Positions 12,358 through 22,975 of a stretch of 64,000 nt of DNA are shown one piece after another. Position 1 is the first letter of the stretch; each line of letters starts with the position of its first letter. A model generated the notes under the pieces. That model made no database searches. It was given only the letters and a program-made list of their open reading frames with translations, and was not told where the DNA came from. This DNA comes from Gammaproteobacteria bacterium (lineage in GTDB: Bacteria > Pseudomonadota > Gammaproteobacteria > SZUA-140). The DNA is taken from positions 43,367-107,366 of the forward strand of contig JAKISP010000002.1 of assembly GCA_021648525.1 (NCBI GenBank), in the 5' to 3' direction. The position numbers were made by a program, and so were the translations under genes.

Positions 12358-13122
12358 TCAAAATTTATACCCTTTATGCAGTGCCACAATGCCGCCGCTC
12401 ATATTCATATACTCACAGCGTTCAAAACCGGCACCCTGCATCATCCCCTTCAACGTCTCTTGATCAGGGTGCATACGAATTGATTCAGCAAGATAACGGT
12501 AGCTATCTTCATCGTTAGCAATCCACTTCCCCATCAACGGTAATAACTTAAACGAGTAAGTATCATAAACCGGCTTCAGCGCTTCCATCGGTTTAGAGAA
12601 TTCCAGCACCATCAAGCGCCCACCGGGCTTTAACACGCGATAGATCGATGCCAGCGCCGCATCTTTATCGGTCACGTTACGCAGACCAAATGAGATGCTG
12701 GCAAAGTTAAAATAGTTATCGGCAAAAGGTAGCGCTTCGGCATTCGCCTGCACATACTCGATGTTTCCGACGATGCCGCGATCGGTCAGGCGCTCACGCC
12801 CCACCTTTAGCATATTGGGATTGATGTCTGATGCCACCACTTTGCCCTGTAGTCCCACCATCTTTGAAAAACGTGCCGCAAGATCACCGGTACCCGACGC
12901 AAGATCCAGCACCTTATGGCCAGGGCGAACGCCACTGGTATCGAGCGCGATTTTTTTCCAGAGTCGGTGCACACCCATCGACATCACATCGTTCATGATA
13001 TCGTAATTTTTGGCAACCGAATCAAATACGCCAGCAACGCGTTTCACTTTCTCTTTTACATCAACCTGCTCATACCCAAAATGAGTCGTATCATCTGAGG
13101 CAGCGGATTGTTTATTGGTCAT
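12358..13122 (-). CDS. ubiE: Ubiquinone/menaquinone C-methyltransferase
   Basis: [48 protein letters not shown]. Confidence 0.98.
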   Translation of the reverse strand: MTNKQSAASDDTTHFGYEQVDVKEKVKRVAGVFDSVAKNYDIMNDVMSMGVHRLWKKIALDTSGVRPGHKVLDLASGTGDLAARFSKMVGLQGKVVASDINPNMLKVGRERLTDRGIVGNIEYVQANAEALPFADNYFNFASISFGLRNVTDKDAALASIYRVLKPGGRLMVLEFSKPMEALKPVYDTYSFKLLPLMGKWIANDEDSYRYLAESIRMHPDQETLKGMMQGAGFERCEYMNMSGGIVALHKGYKF

Positions 13123-13502
13123 GCGTCACCTTCTGCAACAATACGTTGATGCCCTGCATCAGTAAGACGTTGTAGATATGACTGCCACATCGCTTCTTGA
13201 TTTTGCCCAATTCGATAGAGAAATTCCCACGAAAAGAGCCCTGTGTTATGACCATCATCAAAATGCAATTTCACCGCGTAAGCTCCGATTGGCTCAATTT
13301 CTTTGATATTAACCCGTTCTTTACCCACCTGCAGTGTCTCTTGCCCCACGCCATGCCCCTGTACCTCCGCCGATGGCGAATGTACACGCAGAAATTCACA
13401 CGGCAGGCGAAACTCTGCGCCATTATCAAAAATCACTTCCAGTACCCGTGACTTCTGGTGCAGACGAATATCAGTCGGGCGATGTTTTTTTTGTACTGCC
13501 AT
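13119..13502 (-). CDS. DUF971 (gamma-butyrobetaine hydroxylase-like N-terminal domain) protein
   Basis: [27 protein letters not shown]; lies between hslU and ubiE. Confidence 0.9.
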   Translation of the reverse strand: MAVQKKHRPTDIRLHQKSRVLEVIFDNGAEFRLPCEFLRVHSPSAEVQGHGVGQETLQVGKERVNIKEIEPIGAYAVKLHFDDGHNTGLFSWEFLYRIGQNQEAMWQSYLQRLTDAGHQRIVAEGDA

Positions 13503-13545
13503 TTATTTCAATACTCCTAACATACTGCATGGTGGCAAATAGGTA

Positions 13546-13687
13546 GTAACTGTTCAGATTGCTTCTGAAACTTGTCAGTTTTTCTATGCCCTTTGGGTGC
13601 AAGGCGAAAAATATGAGTTTACAGATGTGTAAATGATCATTTTTCAACACAGAAATAACAGATTTCAGGAGTGAGCTGAATAGTTAC
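13546..13687. mobile_element. MITE-like element, 142 bp
   Basis: 12-bp terminal inverted repeats gtaactgttcag / ctgaatagttac (1 mismatch), non-coding interior, located between hslU and DUF971. Confidence 0.6.
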
Positions 13688-13693
13688 CAACAA

Positions 13694-15037
13694 TTAAAGG
13701 ATGTAACGGCTTAGATCTTCATCCTCAACCAACTTACCAAGATGCAATTCAACATAATCGACATCAATCGTCACGCTAGTACCAGAAAGATCCGATGCCT
13801 CATAAGATAGCTTTTCAAGCAGACGTTCCAACACCGTATGCAAACGACGCGCACCGATATTTTCAGTTCGCTCATTCACCTGCCATGCCACTTCCGCCAC
13901 GCGCGCAATTCCATCAGTAGTAAATTCAATACTCAACCCCTCTGCTTCAAGCAGCGCGTTGTATTGCTCCGTTAACGATGCATTGGGCTCAGTCAGAATA
14001 CGCACAAAATCACCGACCGATAGCGCACTCAATTCAACACGAATCGGTAGACGTCCCTGCAGTTCAGGCACAAGATCAGAAGGCTTGGCAAGATGAAAGG
14101 CACCGGAGGCGATAAACAGAATGTGATCTGTTTTGATCATGCCAAACTTGGTCGAAACGGTACAACCTTCAACCAACGGCAGTAGATCACGCTGCACCCC
14201 TTCACGCGAGACATCTGCCCCACCGCTGCCACCGCTATCACTGCGTTTGGTGATTTTATCGATCTCATCAATAAAGACGATCCCATGCTGCTCGGCACGC
14301 TCTAGCGCTGCTGCCTTAATACCCTCTTCATCCAGCAGCTTAGCCGCCTCTTCTTCACGCAACACGTTAAATGCTTCACGAATTGGCAGGCGCTGTTTCT
14401 TAGTGCGCTGGTTACCCATGTTTTGAAACAACCCCTGCAGTTGGCTGCTCATATCTTCCATACCGGGCGGGGCCATAATCTCAACCCCGGCGGCACCCAT
14501 GCTGACTTCGATTTCAATCTCTTTATCATCGAGGTCACCTTCACGCAATTTTTTACGAAATTTCTGGCGTGTCGCTGAACTCCCCTCGGTGCGACTCACT
14601 GAACCATCAGCACCACGTGCAGGCGGCAATAGAATATCAAGGATACGCTCCTCCGCCGCATCTTCTGCACGATGTTTCATCTTCTTCATTTCAGTTTCGC
14701 GCGTCAGTTTAATCGATACTTCAACCAGATCTCGGATAATCGATTCAACATCACGCCCAACATAACCGACCTCAGTAAATTTGGTCGCTTCGACTTTGAT
14801 AAACGGCGCATTCGCCAGCCTTGCAAGGCGACGCGCAATCTCGGTTTTACCCACACCGGTCGGGCCAATCATTAAAATATTTTTCGGCGTTACTTCGTTG
14901 CGCAGCTCTTCATTACTGATCTGCGCACGGCGCCAGCGATTTCTCAGCGCAATTGCCACTGCTCGCTTCGCATCGTTTTGACCAATGATATGTTTGTCCA
15001 GTTCCTGGACGATCTCTCTGGGTGTCATTTCAGACAT
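13694..15037 (-). CDS. hslU: ATP-dependent protease ATPase subunit HslU
   Basis: [42 protein letters not shown]. Confidence 0.98.
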   Translation of the reverse strand: MSEMTPREIVQELDKHIIGQNDAKRAVAIALRNRWRRAQISNEELRNEVTPKNILMIGPTGVGKTEIARRLARLANAPFIKVEATKFTEVGYVGRDVESIIRDLVEVSIKLTRETEMKKMKHRAEDAAEERILDILLPPARGADGSVSRTEGSSATRQKFRKKLREGDLDDKEIEIEVSMGAAGVEIMAPPGMEDMSSQLQGLFQNMGNQRTKKQRLPIREAFNVLREEEAAKLLDEEGIKAAALERAEQHGIVFIDEIDKITKRSDSGGSGGADVSREGVQRDLLPLVEGCTVSTKFGMIKTDHILFIASGAFHLAKPSDLVPELQGRLPIRVELSALSVGDFVRILTEPNASLTEQYNALLEAEGLSIEFTTDGIARVAEVAWQVNERTENIGARRLHTVLERLLEKLSYEASDLSGTSVTIDVDYVELHLGKLVEDEDLSRYIL

Positions 15038-15085
15038 CAGTTTCTATTCTCGCTAGTAATTAATAGTGACGCGACAGTCTATCGA

Positions 15086-15628
15086 CTAATCAGCATCCAA
15101 CTCTTCAATGGTGAGATTGCTATTAGTAAAGACACAAATGTCAGCAGCAATCCCCAATCCCTTTTCAACGATGGTACGCGCATCATGCTCGCTGTTTTCC
15201 AGCAGTGCACGCGCCGCCGCCTGCGCAAATGGCCCACCAGAGCCGATCGCCATCAGGCTGTTTTCAGGCTCAATCACATCACCATTACCCGTGATGATCA
15301 GCGAGGTCTCCTTATCTGCAACAACCAGTAGCGCCTCAAGGCGGCGCAGCATACGATCAGTACGCCAGTCCTTTGCCAGCTCCACCGCAGAACGGGTCAG
15401 ATTACCGGAATGTTTTTCCAGCTTCGCCTCAAAGCGCTCAAACAGGGTAAAGGCATCTGCCGTACCACCTGCAAAACCGGCGATCACACGCCCATCATAG
15501 AGACGACGTACTTTACGCGCATTGCCCTTCATCACCGTATTGCCCATCGACACCTGGCCATCGCCACCGACAACAACCTTGCCGTTGCGACGCACCGATA
15601 AAATAGTGGTTCCGCGAAATTGCTCCAA
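15086..15628 (-). CDS. hslV: ATP-dependent protease subunit HslV
   Basis: GTTILSV with catalytic Thr, [13 protein letters not shown]. Confidence 0.98.
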   Translation of the reverse strand: MEQFRGTTILSVRRNGKVVVGGDGQVSMGNTVMKGNARKVRRLYDGRVIAGFAGGTADAFTLFERFEAKLEKHSGNLTRSAVELAKDWRTDRMLRRLEALLVVADKETSLIITGNGDVIEPENSLMAIGSGGPFAQAAARALLENSEHDARTIVEKGLGIAADICVFTNSNLTIEELDAD

Positions 15629-15798
15629 AACTAAAAACTCCCGAAAATTACGCTACCCGTGACCAACCACGAAGAATTTGAACCTGAGATTGTACACCAT
15701 CTCTGATCCAGCGAGAAAACTGGAAAAATAGGCAAGATAACCATATTTTCGAGAGATTATGAGATAAGTAGTCACCCGATGGACACATGTGCCACACC

Positions 15799-16740
15799 CT
15801 ACTTATCACCCAGACCTGACTTCTTTTTCGCCCGCGGATGTGCTGAATCATAGACCTTCGCGAGGTGCTGAAAATCAAGATGAGTATAGATCTGCGTAGT
15901 GCTGATATCCGCATGACCGAGCAGTTCCTGCACCGCACGCAGATCACCACTCGACTCCAGCATGTGGCTGGCAAAGCTATGGCGTAGCATGTGCGGATGA
16001 AGCGTTTCAGGCAGACCACGCTGTATCGCCCATTCTCGCAAGCGCAACTGGATTGCTCGGTGCCCCAGTCGACGCCCCGTTTTACCCACAAATAACGCAG
16101 GATTATCGACATCAACCAATCCAGCGCGACATTGCAACCACTTATCCAGCGCCGCAAGCGCATATCGGCCAACCGGCACAATCCGAGTTTTTCTACCCTT
16201 ACCAGTGATACGTACCACTGCATCGCGTTGATCAATATCATTTATATCCAATCCAGCCAGTTCCGCCAGGCGCAGGCCCGATGAGTAGATTAGCTCCATC
16301 ATGGTGCGATCACGCAGTGCCAGCGGCTCCATTTCATCAACATTCAGCAGCTGACTCACCTGATCGACATCCAGCGTCCTGGGCAGTTTTCGCGCTGTTT
16401 TTGGCGCACTCACCCCCAGCACCGGGTTGTTTTTCACCACCCCTTCGCGCAACAGGTAATTAAAGAGCGTACGCAGCGCTGACAGCAGCCGTTGCAGGCT
16501 ACGCCCACCAAGGCCACGGCGGTGCAGCTGCGCCACCACTGCGCGTACGTGGTGCACATCGAGCCATTGCCAACCATCAATATCCTGCTCATGGCAATAA
16601 CAGACCACCTTTTGCAGGTCGCGCCGATAGCTTTCCAGTGTCAGCGGCGAGAGACGGCGTTCATTTTTCAGATAATCAAAAAAGGCCTCACCCCCGTCAA
16701 ACAGGGGGTAGGCCTTTGGGTGTTCAATCTTGCCTGTCAT
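15799..16740 (-). CDS. xerC: Tyrosine recombinase XerC
   Basis: R-K-H-R-H-Y catalytic set (GLRLAEL, GKG, HMLRHSFASH, LLGHADISTTQIY); dapF-DUF484-xerC synteny. Confidence 0.95.
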   Translation of the reverse strand: MTGKIEHPKAYPLFDGGEAFFDYLKNERRLSPLTLESYRRDLQKVVCYCHEQDIDGWQWLDVHHVRAVVAQLHRRGLGGRSLQRLLSALRTLFNYLLREGVVKNNPVLGVSAPKTARKLPRTLDVDQVSQLLNVDEMEPLALRDRTMMELIYSSGLRLAELAGLDINDIDQRDAVVRITGKGRKTRIVPVGRYALAALDKWLQCRAGLVDVDNPALFVGKTGRRLGHRAIQLRLREWAIQRGLPETLHPHMLRHSFASHMLESSGDLRAVQELLGHADISTTQIYTHLDFQHLAKVYDSAHPRAKKKSGLGDK

Positions 16741-16749
16741 TTAAAGCCG

Positions 16750-17508
16750 CTAAACATCTTCTCCAGCAGCCAGGTGCGGACTCAGTTTACGGGTGACCAA
16801 CGCACCCAGGTATTTAAGGAACACCGTACCCACTCCCGCACAAAAACGCCCAGCGTCTTTACTACCAATCGCCAGTACACCTAGCGACACGCCAGTACTG
16901 TCACCTTTATTAGCCATCACCAATGGTAACTGCGCCACAGAACGAATACCACGCTCTTTTGCATCATCAAACAGACCGGCCAACTCCGCATCGGTTAACA
17001 CCCCACAGGCAGGCTCACCACCTTTGCTCAGGTTACCCATTTTTTTAAATTGCTCGTCTTCTCGAGAGATAAATCTCACCTGCAGATCACCAATTTGATC
17101 ACTCTCCAGTGAAAGCGATGCCGGATCAGCAAACAGGCACAAGGTCACACCGTCGGCATTAAAGTCACCCTTAAGGCTCTGCTGGATTAGCGTCAACAGC
17201 GGTTCCAGTTCGTTGGTCTCCAACAACGCCAACACCAGTTTTTGCAGCTTCACCATCAACACATCATTCACTCGTGCCACATCCACCAGCTCAGCCAACT
17301 GCTGTTGATAGCCACCATTCTGCTCACGCAAGATGGCCACCTGCCGTTCGATCAACGAGACTGAAGCGCCAGTGGTATGCGTCACAATCATTTTCGCCAG
17401 CAGGTCATCGCGGTCATTAAAAAACTCAGGGTTAGCGACCAGGTAGCCCACCACCGCTTTATCATTAATGGTAGGAATTTCGGTATCCTGATTTTGCTGC
17501 ACACTCAT
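16750..17508 (-). CDS. DUF484 (YigA-like) protein
   Basis: YLVANPEFF, VSLIERQV, LAIGS, GTVFL; synteny. Confidence 0.9.
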   Translation of the reverse strand: MSVQQNQDTEIPTINDKAVVGYLVANPEFFNDRDDLLAKMIVTHTTGASVSLIERQVAILREQNGGYQQQLAELVDVARVNDVLMVKLQKLVLALLETNELEPLLTLIQQSLKGDFNADGVTLCLFADPASLSLESDQIGDLQVRFISREDEQFKKMGNLSKGGEPACGVLTDAELAGLFDDAKERGIRSVAQLPLVMANKGDSTGVSLGVLAIGSKDAGRFCAGVGTVFLKYLGALVTRKLSPHLAAGEDV

Positions 17509-18332
17509 AATTCGATTGTTCCTTCATATACATGGGTGGCGGGACCTGTCATCCGCACCGAACTGTCATCACCCGCCCATCTGACCCAAAGCGAACCGCC
17601 GGGCAGATCGACCAGTACCTCATCTTCTAATACCTCCCAACGACGCCCAATCGCGACCGCTGCACAGGCACCCGTGCCACAGGCCAGCGTTTCACCCGCA
17701 CCACGCTCAAACACCCGTAGGCGAATGTGGCGCGAATCGACCACCTCCATAAAACCTACATTAACACGCTCAGGAAATTTTGCATGCGCCTCAATCTGCG
17801 GTCCGAGGCGCGCTACCGGCGCATCATCAATCGACGCCACCTGCAGCACCGCATGTGGGTTACCCATCGACACCGCGCCGATCTCGTACACCGCATCATT
17901 GATATCAATCATATAGCGCGGCGCTTCTGCATCCGCAATAAATGGGATTTCAATAGGCACAAACTGTGGCCGTCCCATATCGACTGTCACCTGGCCATTA
18001 TTTTCCATGGTCAGCTGGATAATCCCGCCAGAGACCTCAACCGGTATCTGCGTTTTTTTACTCAGATCATGTTCGCGCACATAGCGGGCAAAACAACGCG
18101 CGCCATTGCCACACTGCCCCACTTCACCGCCATCGGCATTAAAGATGCGATAACGGAAGTCCGCTTCCTTAGATTGCGCCGCTTCCACCAGCAATAGCTG
18201 GTCACAGCCCACCCCAATGTGGCGATCGGCAATAAAACGAATCTGTGCCGTAGACAACGTAATATCCTGGTTGATCGCATCGATCACCACGAAGTCGTTA
18301 CCCAGCCCATGCATTTTACTAAATTTGATCAC
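17505..18332 (-). CDS. dapF: Diaminopimelate epimerase
   Basis: KMHGLGNDF, CGNGARC, MGNPH, ERGAGETLACGTGACA. Confidence 0.98.
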   Translation of the reverse strand: MIKFSKMHGLGNDFVVIDAINQDITLSTAQIRFIADRHIGVGCDQLLLVEAAQSKEADFRYRIFNADGGEVGQCGNGARCFARYVREHDLSKKTQIPVEVSGGIIQLTMENNGQVTVDMGRPQFVPIEIPFIADAEAPRYMIDINDAVYEIGAVSMGNPHAVLQVASIDDAPVARLGPQIEAHAKFPERVNVGFMEVVDSRHIRLRVFERGAGETLACGTGACAAVAIGRRWEVLEDEVLVDLPGGSLWVRWAGDDSSVRMTGPATHVYEGTIEL

Positions 18333-18475
18333 GTTTTTCCGTGCACCTTTAATATTTTTTCCGAGTACACCCTCAAGTATACCCTTAAGAACAGACTGTT
18401 TAAATCATTTACCAAAACACGCTCATAATGCCAATAACGCTAACTCAATCTCTACTAAGCATTTATAATCCAGCC

Positions 18476-19213
18476 ATGACCCATACCATCGAACCCATCG
18501 GCACCGTTCATTCTTGTTTCAAAGAGCTATTTGGCATCCCGCGCCAACCTGGATTGGTAAAGGCTGCTCGCGGCTGGATTGAGTTTTATCCACCATATAA
18601 CCGCGCTGAGGCATTCAACGGGCTAGAGGGAATGTCGCATCTGTGGATCATATTCCTGTTTCATAAGAGTCTTCACAACGAGATGAGCCTGACGGTACGA
18701 CCACCGCGTAAAGAGGGAAAGCGGATGGGAGTGTTCGCGACACGCGCACCGAACCGGCCAAACCAGCTTGGTCAATCGGTAGTTGAACTCGAACGGGTTG
18801 AGACACGTCATGGAAAAACCACACTATATATAAAAGGACTCGACCTGATAGAGGGAACACCCGTGATCGACATCAAGCCCTACATTCCTTATGTCGATTC
18901 AATCCCAGATGCCCACGGCGGCTTTGCTCACCTTGCACCAGAACAACGATTGCAGGTTAGCTTTAGTGACAAGGCCAGTCAACAGGTCGACTTATTTGAA
19001 AAACAACACCCGCAACTGCGCCAGTTGATCTCAGATATTCTGCAATACGACCCTCGTCCTGTTTATGTGCGTAAACTTGCCCATAAAAAACAGTTTGGCT
19101 TTTTTCTTTATGATTTAGATGTAAAGGTTGAGATTATGGATAAAGGAGCGGTGCAAGTCTCCAATGTTGTATTTTCTGCACAGGGGACAGAGCACCCTTA
19201 CTCCGACCCCTAG
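18476..19213 (+). CDS. trmO: tRNA (t6A37)-N6-methyltransferase TrmO/TsaA
   Basis: FGIPRQPGL, TVRPPR, GVFATRAPNRPN, DLIEGTPVIDIKPY, DPRP. Confidence 0.93.
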   Translation: MTHTIEPIGTVHSCFKELFGIPRQPGLVKAARGWIEFYPPYNRAEAFNGLEGMSHLWIIFLFHKSLHNEMSLTVRPPRKEGKRMGVFATRAPNRPNQLGQSVVELERVETRHGKTTLYIKGLDLIEGTPVIDIKPYIPYVDSIPDAHGGFAHLAPEQRLQVSFSDKASQQVDLFEKQHPQLRQLISDILQYDPRPVYVRKLAHKKQFGFFLYDLDVKVEIMDKGAVQVSNVVFSAQGTEHPYSDP

Positions 19214-19225
19214 CACATCAACACA

Positions 19226-20059
19226 TCAAGCTTTCCAGTCAGGTACAACACCCTCTTCCATCGTTTCGCTATTTTCATTATAAATAAGCACTGTATCCGC
19301 GCTGATCATCTTAGGATCCGCCACTGTCAACGCATATTCACCCACCAACGTACCATCGCCATGAATCGTATTGGCAGGTGTATAGAGGGCATAATTAAAT
19401 GGAATTTGAAACGCGGTAAAGTTAAATTCATCTGCTGAGATTCGCTTTCCAATCACAATATATCCGCCGCACTTTTCGGAGGTTGGAATGTGCAAATGCG
19501 GAAAGTCATGCGTCTCTATAAAGACCCCACCGCCACCATGAAGCTTCATCAGAAATTCTTTTTTATAATTCTCTTTATAATCGTACTTCATTAATGCAAT
19601 ATCACATTTATCTGTGGTGATCATCAGCTCATGGTTGTTTTCAATCAGCTCAAGTCCGTAGTACTTCACGTTTTCTTTGGTCGCCAGGACTGTCGGAATA
19701 TTAAACCCATCCGGTACAAGCAATGCACCCAAACCACTAAATACGTTCGCACTTGAACCGGCAATCACCTTGATTCCTTTTTCTCTGGCCTCTTTAGCGG
19801 TATACCATGCTGCCTTAACATTCACCATTTTCGGTGTCATATCACCCGGTTCAATACCCCTTTCTGAGGCCACATCAATCTTCCAGCAAGAGATGCCCTC
19901 CTCAATAAACGCCATACCAGCATCAGTCGTCATAGCCGTAACACTTTTATCCGGCTTCCCATCTTTCACCGCATAACGCGTGATATCAACACTCTTTAGT
20001 ATTTCATCGGTTTTTTCTGTTTGTTTAAAGTACACAGGAAAATCAAACTTTTCACTCAT
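19226..20059 (-). CDS. Hypothetical protein with a cupin-like C-terminal metal motif
   Basis: FIETHDFPHLH and YTPANTIHGDG motifs; SD gagga before MSEKFDF. Confidence 0.7.
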   Translation of the reverse strand: MSEKFDFPVYFKQTEKTDEILKSVDITRYAVKDGKPDKSVTAMTTDAGMAFIEEGISCWKIDVASERGIEPGDMTPKMVNVKAAWYTAKEAREKGIKVIAGSSANVFSGLGALLVPDGFNIPTVLATKENVKYYGLELIENNHELMITTDKCDIALMKYDYKENYKKEFLMKLHGGGGVFIETHDFPHLHIPTSEKCGGYIVIGKRISADEFNFTAFQIPFNYALYTPANTIHGDGTLVGEYALTVADPKMISADTVLIYNENSETMEEGVVPDWKA

Positions 20060-20196
20060 AGGGTCTTTCCTCTTAAATGCTAGACGCTGGAACATTATGC
20101 AAATCAAATACAGCTCACTGTGCTATGATTCCTGTCACGGAAAAATAGCCATACTCTGATATCTTGCAAAACGATTTAATTGCAGTCGAGACGAAC

Positions 20197-21180
20197 ATGC
20201 GTGACATAAATAAAATGGAACCGGATGATTCCGTCTATAAAGTACTACTGGAATCGACAAATGCAATCCCATGGAAGATCGACTGGCAGAGCAAAAAGTT
20301 TACTTATATTGGCCCTCAAATCGAATCCCTACTAGGGTGGTCAGCATCAAGCTGGGATAGCATTGAAGACTGGGTTGAACGCATGCACCCAGATGACAGA
20401 GAGTCTGTCGTGAATTTTTGCGTTGCTCAATCCCAGGCTGGCTGTGATCATGAAGCAGATTACCGCGCACTCACAAAAAATGGCGGCTACATCTGGATCC
20501 GTGACGTTGTCCATGTCATTCGAAAAAATGGCAAAATTGAATCATTAATCGGCTTCATGTTTGACATCAGCAAACGAAAACAAACAGAACATAAATTACT
20601 CCGACTACAAAAAGAACTGGAAGAGTTCTCATTCAAAGACGCCTTAACAGAAATTGCTAATCGTCGCATGTTTGACTCCATTTTCGAACGTGAATGGTTG
20701 AGTGCGCAACGCAACCAGCATCCAGTCGCGCTAATTTTACTAGACATCGATTTCTTTAAAGAATACAACGATCACTACGGCCACATCATGGGTGATGACT
20801 GTCTAAAACAGGTCGCTCAAATATTATATAACGTCGCAATCAGGCCCGGGAATTTTGTCGCACGCTTTGGTGGCGAGGAATTTGTCCTCGTCCTCGCAGA
20901 AACCGATGAAGCCTCGGCAATCGCTATTGCAGAAGAGTGCCGCAGTGAAATTATCAAACATGCAATCCCGCATGAAAAATCGCCCATCAGTAAAACACTT
21001 TCAATCAGCGCTGGCATTAGTGCAATCGTACCGTCAGGCAATTCCGAACGGAAAAACTTCATTCAACAGGTCGATACGCTACTCTATCAGGCAAAACTAA
21101 CCGGCAGGAACCGCGTCACCCATAAAACCACCATATCAAATCACGAAGTAACAGAACCTGACCGCTATTACAAACAGTAG
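20197..21180 (+). CDS. PAS-GGDEF diguanylate cyclase
   Basis: PAS (MHPDDRE, GGYIWIRD) followed by DALTEIANRR, DIDFFKEYND, ARFGGEEF. Confidence 0.92.
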   Translation: MRDINKMEPDDSVYKVLLESTNAIPWKIDWQSKKFTYIGPQIESLLGWSASSWDSIEDWVERMHPDDRESVVNFCVAQSQAGCDHEADYRALTKNGGYIWIRDVVHVIRKNGKIESLIGFMFDISKRKQTEHKLLRLQKELEEFSFKDALTEIANRRMFDSIFEREWLSAQRNQHPVALILLDIDFFKEYNDHYGHIMGDDCLKQVAQILYNVAIRPGNFVARFGGEEFVLVLAETDEASAIAIAEECRSEIIKHAIPHEKSPISKTLSISAGISAIVPSGNSERKNFIQQVDTLLYQAKLTGRNRVTHKTTISNHEVTEPDRYYKQ

Positions 21181-21488
21181 CATTGCCAGACTAAATCACC
21201 TCCTCCTGCCAAATTTAACAAGTACCACAACTTCCGCTTACACAACTCAAGGCCCTCGCCCTCCCGCAGCATACAAACCAGGCTGACACTATAATCGACA
21301 AAAAACCTGACTTACCTCTCGCATACCACAAGCGTACGAATAGCTCTTCATTCAGTAAAATTTAGCGCCTCTTTAACAGGTCATTTAAGTAATCGATAAA
21401 TTCAATTTATAATTAATATTTAATTCATTAGACCAATTTATAGAGAGGTCATACTATGCGTATTACTTTCACCCTCAAGGAGAACAAG

Positions 21489-22502
21489 ATGAAATACTCT
21501 ATTGCTGGCATCGCGTTACTAGCATCCGCACCAGTACTGGCGTTAGACGCCATTCCAGACGTCGTTCCGACACCAATCGACAACCCAGCCAGCAGCGCCA
21601 AAATAGAACTCGGCAAACAGCTCTTTTTTGACCCACGTCTTTCGATCGACGGCACTGTATCGTGTAATTCATGCCACAATGTGATGGCAAGCGGCACCGA
21701 CAGCCGTCCAACTTCTGTTGGCGTTAACGGCCAACGCGGCGGACGTAATGCACCGACCGTCTGGAATGCTGCATTCCTGAGTACCCAGTTCTGGGATGGC
21801 CGCGCCGCAACACTAGAAGACCAGGCAAAAGGACCACCTTTAAACCCAATCGAGATGGGCATGCCAAATGCACAGGCGGTGGTTGATCGGCTCGAAAACA
21901 TTCCCGGTTACAAAGCCCAATTTGATGCCATCTTCGGTGCGGTCTCTTACGACAACATGGCCAAAGCAATTGCGAGCTATGAGCGTACGCTGATTACCAT
22001 TAACAGCCCATTTGATCGCCACATGAAAGGTGACAAAACAGCAATGTCTGACAAAGCAATCAAAGGCATGAAGCGTTTCGATACCATTGGCTGCTCTGGC
22101 TGTCACAACGGCGTTAACTTTGCGGGGCCTGCACTTGCCACCGGCACTGGCTTCTTCCAGAAGTTCCCATTGTTTAACAATCCGCTGATCGCTAAGTACG
22201 ATCTTGCAAAAGACAAAGGGCGCTATGAAGTGACCAGGGATAATGCTGATATCAATACCTGGCGCGTCCCCTCACTGCGCAACATCGCCACCACTGCACC
22301 TTATTTTCATAACGGTTCAGTTAAAACCCTTAATGAAGCGGTACGTGTGATGGCAGCAAGCCAGCTTGATAAAAGATTAAGCGATTCTGAAGTCAGCGAA
22401 ATCGTTGCCTTCCTGGAATCACTCACGGGTGAGTTCCCAGCTCAGACCATGCCAAGACTTCCTGGCATTGCGGGTAGCAGCCTAGTAGGGTCAATCAAGT
22501 AA
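21489..22502 (+). CDS. Di-heme cytochrome c peroxidase (CcpA/MauG family)
   Basis: Signal peptide; two CxxCH motifs (CNSCH, CSGCH); QFWDGRA; PSLRNIATTAPYFHNGS. Confidence 0.93.
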   Translation: MKYSIAGIALLASAPVLALDAIPDVVPTPIDNPASSAKIELGKQLFFDPRLSIDGTVSCNSCHNVMASGTDSRPTSVGVNGQRGGRNAPTVWNAAFLSTQFWDGRAATLEDQAKGPPLNPIEMGMPNAQAVVDRLENIPGYKAQFDAIFGAVSYDNMAKAIASYERTLITINSPFDRHMKGDKTAMSDKAIKGMKRFDTIGCSGCHNGVNFAGPALATGTGFFQKFPLFNNPLIAKYDLAKDKGRYEVTRDNADINTWRVPSLRNIATTAPYFHNGSVKTLNEAVRVMAASQLDKRLSDSEVSEIVAFLESLTGEFPAQTMPRLPGIAGSSLVGSIK

Positions 22503-22528
22503 CGAGATTCGATCAGGCAACAAAGATC

Positions 22529-22553
22529 AGCCGGCCTTCATGGTCGGCTTTTT
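22529..22553 (+). terminator. Intrinsic terminator
   Basis: agccggcc-ttcat-ggtcggct followed by a T run, just after the peroxidase stop. Confidence 0.7.
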
Positions 22554-22618
22554 CATTCACGGAATTTCGTTTAAAACGACATGTCGATAGTATCTTTTAC
22601 GACTAAGACATTCCGCCG

Positions 22619-22634
22619 TGTGACAAACCACACA
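22619..22634. promoter_or_regulatory. Possible CRP/Vfr-type site
   Basis: TGTGA-caaacc-ACACA, 9/10 match to TGTGA-N6-TCACA, upstream of the small-GTPase operon. Confidence 0.3.
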
Positions 22635-22975
22635 ATTCAATTCTTAACCTATGCTTACGTAGCGGTATATGAACCACTTCTTGTAAAAACATTGATTCGC
22701 GCACAAATAGAGTCAGAGAAATCTGACACAACTTCACTCAAATAACAGTAATTCAGCAATAATCAACCACTCATACTCATGCGAATAGCAATATAAAAAT
22801 TAATGATTCCTTTCAGATTGCCGCCGTAATACCACAGTAAAAGACCCAGCAAAACAGTAACATACAAACCCAATAAACCTTAAAGAAAACAAGATAATTA
22901 ACGATAACGAAAGCAATAAATCACAACAACACTGACAACAACATAAAATTTAACAGCCCATTACAGTCAAACAGC

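Noticed and set aside
15648-16241. Alternative-frame and antisense ORFs, e.g. 15648-16241, 17377-17916, 35151-35690, 45593-46174
   Set aside because: They overlap well-supported genes and read as shadow translations
15799-16740. xerC as an island or phage integrase
   Set aside because: It sits in the canonical dapF-DUF484-xerC-hslVU core context
18364-18389. 12-bp imperfect tandem repeat between dapF and trmO
   Set aside because: Only two units with 2 mismatches; could be an operator but cannot be distinguished from chance
21386-21430. OxyR-type site upstream of cytochrome c peroxidase
   Set aside because: Biologically plausible, but the match is too degenerate in very AT-rich DNA to call
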